Under the pieces are notes generated by a model that saw only the letters and a list, made by a program, of their open reading frames with translations, made no database searches and had not been told where the DNA came from. The translations under genes and the position numbers were made by a program. This document shows positions 60,209 to 64,000 of a DNA stretch of 64,000 nucleotides, piece by piece (within the stretch, counting starts at the first letter, position 1; every line of letters starts with the position of its first letter). The DNA is from Promethearchaeota archaeon (GTDB lineage: Archaea > Asgardarchaeota > Lokiarchaeia > Sigyniarchaeales > SOKP01), in the NCBI GenBank assembly GCA_048937405.1, contig JBHLNF010000007.1, forward strand, positions 1-64,000. Direction: 5' to 3'.

Positions 60209-61681
60209 TTAACCTTTCACTACTCCAATAGGAATAAGTCTTACCACTTTTTCTACAATCCCAAGATCATGACTTACTTGAACAACTTGATCTATATCCT
60301 TGTAAGCACCAGGAGCCTCTTCAGCAATAACTTTCATCGTAGCAGCTCGAACCATAATACCTTTTTTGCTTAGATCATCTTTAACTCGATCTCCCCAATA
60401 TTTCTTTGTTGCTTTGGATCTCGACATTACCCTCCCTGAACCATGAGCTGTCGAACCAAAAGAAAGATCCATTGCATTTTGCTTACCTACACATAGATAC
60501 GAGGCAGAACCCATAGTCCCCGGGATTAAAACTGGTTGTCCTATTGATTTATAATCATTCGATAAAGCAGGATGTTCAGGAGGAAAAGCTCTAGTTGCCC
60601 CTTTTCTATGAACATTCAATTTCATCTTCTTTCCATTTACTTTGTGTTCTTCTATTTTTAATATATTATGGCACACTCCATATATCAAATGCAAATCTAA
60701 TTCATCAATATCCTTTTTGAACGTATTTTGAAAGGATTCTCTTAACCAATGAGTAATAAGTTGACGATTTGTAAACCCAAAATTTGCAGCACAACCCATT
60801 TGTTTCAAATAATTCTGGGCTTCTGGTGTATCAGCAGGTACACAAGCTAACTCTCTATCAGGTACTTTAATATTATATTTTTTCATTGCTTGTTCGATAT
60901 TGCGTAATGAATCAGTACATACTTGATGACCAAGAGCTCTACTCCCTGTATGTATCATAACTGTAATTTTGTCTTTTCCATTTATACCTAACGTTTTGGC
61001 AATACTTTCATTGTATATTTTGTCAACCTTTTGAATTTCCAAAAAATGATTCCCACTCCCCAATGATCCTAGTTGTTTAATAGCTCGCTGCTTTGCTTTT
61101 TGTGAAACTAAACTTGCATCCACATCTTTTAAACATCCATTCTCCTCTAAATGTTTAAGATCTTCTTCAATGGCATAGTCGTTTTCTATTGCCCAGTTCA
61201 CACCATTATTTAGGACAGTATCTAAGTCAGAGTAACTTATACTAAGTTTACCTTTCGACCCTAATCCTGAAGGGATATTAGTAAAAATAGTATCTAAGAG
61301 ATTTGGCAAGACCCCCTTAATATCAGTAAGAGATAAATTTGATCTCAATAATCTTACTCCACAATTAATATCATATCCTACACCACCCGGAGAGATCATT
61401 CCATTCTCTGCATCTGTCCCCGCAACACCCCCAATACAAAATCCATATCCTTGATGAGCATCCGAAAGAGCTATCGCATGCTTCTCTATCCCGGGTAAAC
61501 AAGCAACATTGCATATTTGATCTAATGTACGATCTAATCGAATTTTTTCCAATATATATTCATTCGCATAAATTTTTACTGGAACCCTCATCTCAAATTT
61601 CTCAATATTCCCTTTAATCCTTGCCATTAAGGTTTTTGGAGGAATCTCGTAGACATTGTCTGCTATTTTAGTAACATTCAT
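60209..61681 (-). CDS. rtcB: RNA-splicing ligase RtcB
   Basis: DAHQGYGF, GYDINCGVR, GSGNHFLE, HTGSR, HRKGAT, HGSGR, EEAPGAYK. Confidence 0.98.
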   Translation of the reverse strand: MNVTKIADNVYEIPPKTLMARIKGNIEKFEMRVPVKIYANEYILEKIRLDRTLDQICNVACLPGIEKHAIALSDAHQGYGFCIGGVAGTDAENGMISPGGVGYDINCGVRLLRSNLSLTDIKGVLPNLLDTIFTNIPSGLGSKGKLSISYSDLDTVLNNGVNWAIENDYAIEEDLKHLEENGCLKDVDASLVSQKAKQRAIKQLGSLGSGNHFLEIQKVDKIYNESIAKTLGINGKDKITVMIHTGSRALGHQVCTDSLRNIEQAMKKYNIKVPDRELACVPADTPEAQNYLKQMGCAANFGFTNRQLITHWLRESFQNTFKKDIDELDLHLIYGVCHNILKIEEHKVNGKKMKLNVHRKGATRAFPPEHPALSNDYKSIGQPVLIPGTMGSASYLCVGKQNAMDLSFGSTAHGSGRVMSRSKATKKYWGDRVKDDLSKKGIMVRAATMKVIAEEAPGAYKDIDQVVQVSHDLGIVEKVVRLIPIGVVKG

Positions 61682-61805
61682 CTTAACTTTACTAGTAAAA
61701 AAGATTTCAAAAATTTTTTTATTTAATCCTATAAGATCACTAAAATTAATATACTTAAATGAAATTTGTTAAAGAAAAAGAATAAAATATAAGGAACAAA
61801 CAAGT

Positions 61806-62531
61806 CTATTTTATATCTATATAAGAAACTAAGCCTAAATCATCTAAGGCTCCTATTAACCGCTGAATTTCTGTTTCCGGTCGTCCTGATTCCTCTGCAA
61901 TCTCTGCAATCGTATGAAAACCGTCTGCTAAATGAGCCACATTGAAATCTTGCTTATCTAAAAACCCTTGGGTTATCACTTGCTTCGGTAATCTTTTCGT
62001 CGTCCATTCCGGCTTCTGATCTCGTACCACTCGTAAGTCCTCCTCAGATAGCATCAATCCCTTCTTCGCAATGATCTTCTGCGATTTTTGAAAATCCTTC
62101 TTATATATCTTTAAAATGGGTAACTTCAATTGAATCTCGGCTAGTTTCCCATTGTCTAAAACCTCATCAATAATACTATCAAAATCTCGAAATATACGAA
62201 CATCTCCAGACCACTCATCAAGTTGATCCCCAAACTCATCGATAAATTTATCTATAATATCTGTGAGAGCTTTATGCGTAATCTTAGCATCATCATTTTT
62301 ATCCGCTGCAGCGGTTATCAGTACACCCTCCTTAAAGACTAACAACAGGTAAAATACCTGCATGTCAATCACTTTGAGTTCCCCGCTTCCTTTTGAGAAT
62401 TCTACAGAAAAATCTTTTAAAGCTGTGAGAAATCCACTAACCAAATCCTGGTTGAATTCTATACTTCCATATTTCCGATGAATTAGACATATTCCCGTAG
62501 TCTGATGTATAAGATAGACATTATGTAAAAT
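61806..62531 (-). CDS. Longin-domain protein with C-terminal HTH (start extended to ATT 62531)
   Basis: In-frame upstream LHNVYLIHQTTGICLIHRKYG...DLVSGFLTAL..F is a longin N-terminus; C-terminal DG.HTIAEIAE...L..LGLV. Confidence 0.8.
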   Translation of the reverse strand: MLHNVYLIHQTTGICLIHRKYGSIEFNQDLVSGFLTALKDFSVEFSKGSGELKVIDMQVFYLLLVFKEGVLITAAADKNDDAKITHKALTDIIDKFIDEFGDQLDEWSGDVRIFRDFDSIIDEVLDNGKLAEIQLKLPILKIYKKDFQKSQKIIAKKGLMLSEEDLRVVRDQKPEWTTKRLPKQVITQGFLDKQDFNVAHLADGFHTIAEIAEESGRPETEIQRLIGALDDLGLVSYIDIK

Positions 62532-63051
62532 TTCTAATTACCTCCTTGCTGTAATTGGAAAACTGGATAAATATATTCACACATTTAAACACACGATTTA
62601 CATTTTATGAATTTTAAATAAATTTTATTATACTTATATTAAACATATATATTCTTTATATTTTATAGTAATACTCCATCTATTTATAGTTAATTCATCT
62701 AAGGATGTTTGTGTTTAGTAGTCAAACCCTCTTCATTTTTTTGAAATTTACCGAATTTTATTGAGGAATTGTGTATTTGATATCGATGTTTTTTTATAGT
62801 TTCAATGTTTTGGGCAGTATTCTGCTTTATAATTTAACAGTTTAATATAATTAAATAATTTTAATTATATAAAAGGCATTGGAATGATTTTGAAGTTTTT
62901 TTGATAAATTGTGTCTAATGAGATTCCAAAAAATAGAGACCAGTATCTCCCTTTTTTCTTATTAACTTCTTTTATGAACGAATTTGAATTATATCGATTT
63001 AAACAAACAATCGAAAAGTAATTTTGTTATTAATATAAAAAGAAAAAAAAA

Positions 63052-63807
63052 TTAATATAATCTAATCTCTGAACCACATAAAGCACAGAAATTTGCTAGA
63101 TCAGATACTTTAGTTCCACAATTTGGGCAAAAATTAATTTTTCTTTCAGGGTTTACGATTTGTTGAGGTTCATGTAAGTCTGTATGCAGTTCTGAAGATT
63201 CTGGGGTGTCAATAGTTGACAATTTGTTTAATATCGCTAGACTAAAATATCCTTTAATTTGATAGATAAAGCCAATGATTGCCGGAACAATTAAAAACCA
63301 TAATGAACTTAAGAGTGTCCCTTTTTTTAGTTTATCGCATCCTTCAATTGCTTCTTCGGATATATTAGTTGGAAACATCTTAAAGTTATTCTCAAAAAAT
63401 AATTTCAGATTTTTCCATGCGTTCATTTCAGCCGCCACGCCTACATATATGAGCACTATACCTGATATTATAAGAATTATAGGTATAGAGAGGGTGATAT
63501 AGATAGGTAATGAGGTATGGATAAAGAAAAAGAAAACAATGTTAACACCTCCGATAATCAAGACAACCATACCACATATTCTTGATACAAAACCCTTGAT
63601 ATATTTTGAGCGAAATTCATTTAACAATGGGCTATTTAAGACATAATTTGCTCTTTTAAGACTTTTCATTGCAACAAAAATAAGAATCATTGCTGCAAAA
63701 CCAGCCATTCCTGTGGTAATGCTCACAATGGTTAAAATTGCCACAACTTGAATATATTTCCCAAAATCATGGAATTCTTTATTAATACCTATGTTTATGT
63801 TTGACAT
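63052..63807 (-). CDS. Membrane protein with C-terminal zinc ribbon
   Basis: Several TM helices; FCPNCG..FCALCG. Confidence 0.85.
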   Translation of the reverse strand: MSNINIGINKEFHDFGKYIQVVAILTIVSITTGMAGFAAMILIFVAMKSLKRANYVLNSPLLNEFRSKYIKGFVSRICGMVVLIIGGVNIVFFFFIHTSLPIYITLSIPIILIISGIVLIYVGVAAEMNAWKNLKLFFENNFKMFPTNISEEAIEGCDKLKKGTLLSSLWFLIVPAIIGFIYQIKGYFSLAILNKLSTIDTPESSELHTDLHEPQQIVNPERKINFCPNCGTKVSDLANFCALCGSEIRLY

Positions 63808-64000
63808 TTTTATATTCTAATTTGATATTTAGATAATTAATATAGTCTTCTCAAAGACAATTGATTAAAGAATGGGAGTCCATTAATTGTGATTTGTACT
63901 ATAATTCCAATACAAGTTTAAAAGGGGTTGAGTATGTACTAAATGAGGTTTTTTCTGTTCTCCTCTATTGATAATTAGTCTTTATGCATATTTTTAATTT

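Noticed and set aside
38845-61681. Inteins in Rpo2, DP2, Cdc6 or RtcB
   Set aside because: Lengths are normal, catalytic motifs are contiguous and no intein termini were seen.
3992-63502. Numerous 60-135 aa ORFs overlapping longer genes (e.g. 6289, 10540, 25193, 32344, 44847, 52608, 56296)
   Set aside because: Antisense or alternate-frame shadows of well-supported genes.

Overview
AT-rich archaeal chromosome segment, very probably Asgard (Lokiarchaeia/Promethearchaeota). Support: a supersized ES39 in the 23S rRNA, three Rab-like GTPases including a roadblock fusion, a longin protein, a Loki-type PG-Y/TM/basic C-terminal sorting signal and a Loki LRR-associated N-terminal domain. The window opens in the 3' end of the 23S rRNA. 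Progressively decayed copies of the 23S 3' end/trailer follow, each separating an accessory gene cassette (large surface protein; membrane-anchored protein; sdaAB-sdaAA). The rest is mostly core genes: ilvE, panB, mfnA, nrdD, nac, pan, mbf1, tfe, rpo5-rpo2, cbf5, thiL, PolD DP2/DP1, cdc6, carS, archease and rtcB, with an IS200/IS605 TnpB element between the two PolD genes. Most notable: (1) the rRNA-anchored cassette array; (2) a set of about 30-nt BHB-type introns at non-canonical sites, including a tRNA-Leu(GAG) that parses as four introns, one nested in another, and a similar insert in 23S helix 91; (3) a TnpB with the rearranged, Fanzor-like RuvC site; (4) a Rab-like GTPase with a long motif-rich disordered tail; (5) apparent ATT/CTG start codons. 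All calls were made by eye without database searches.
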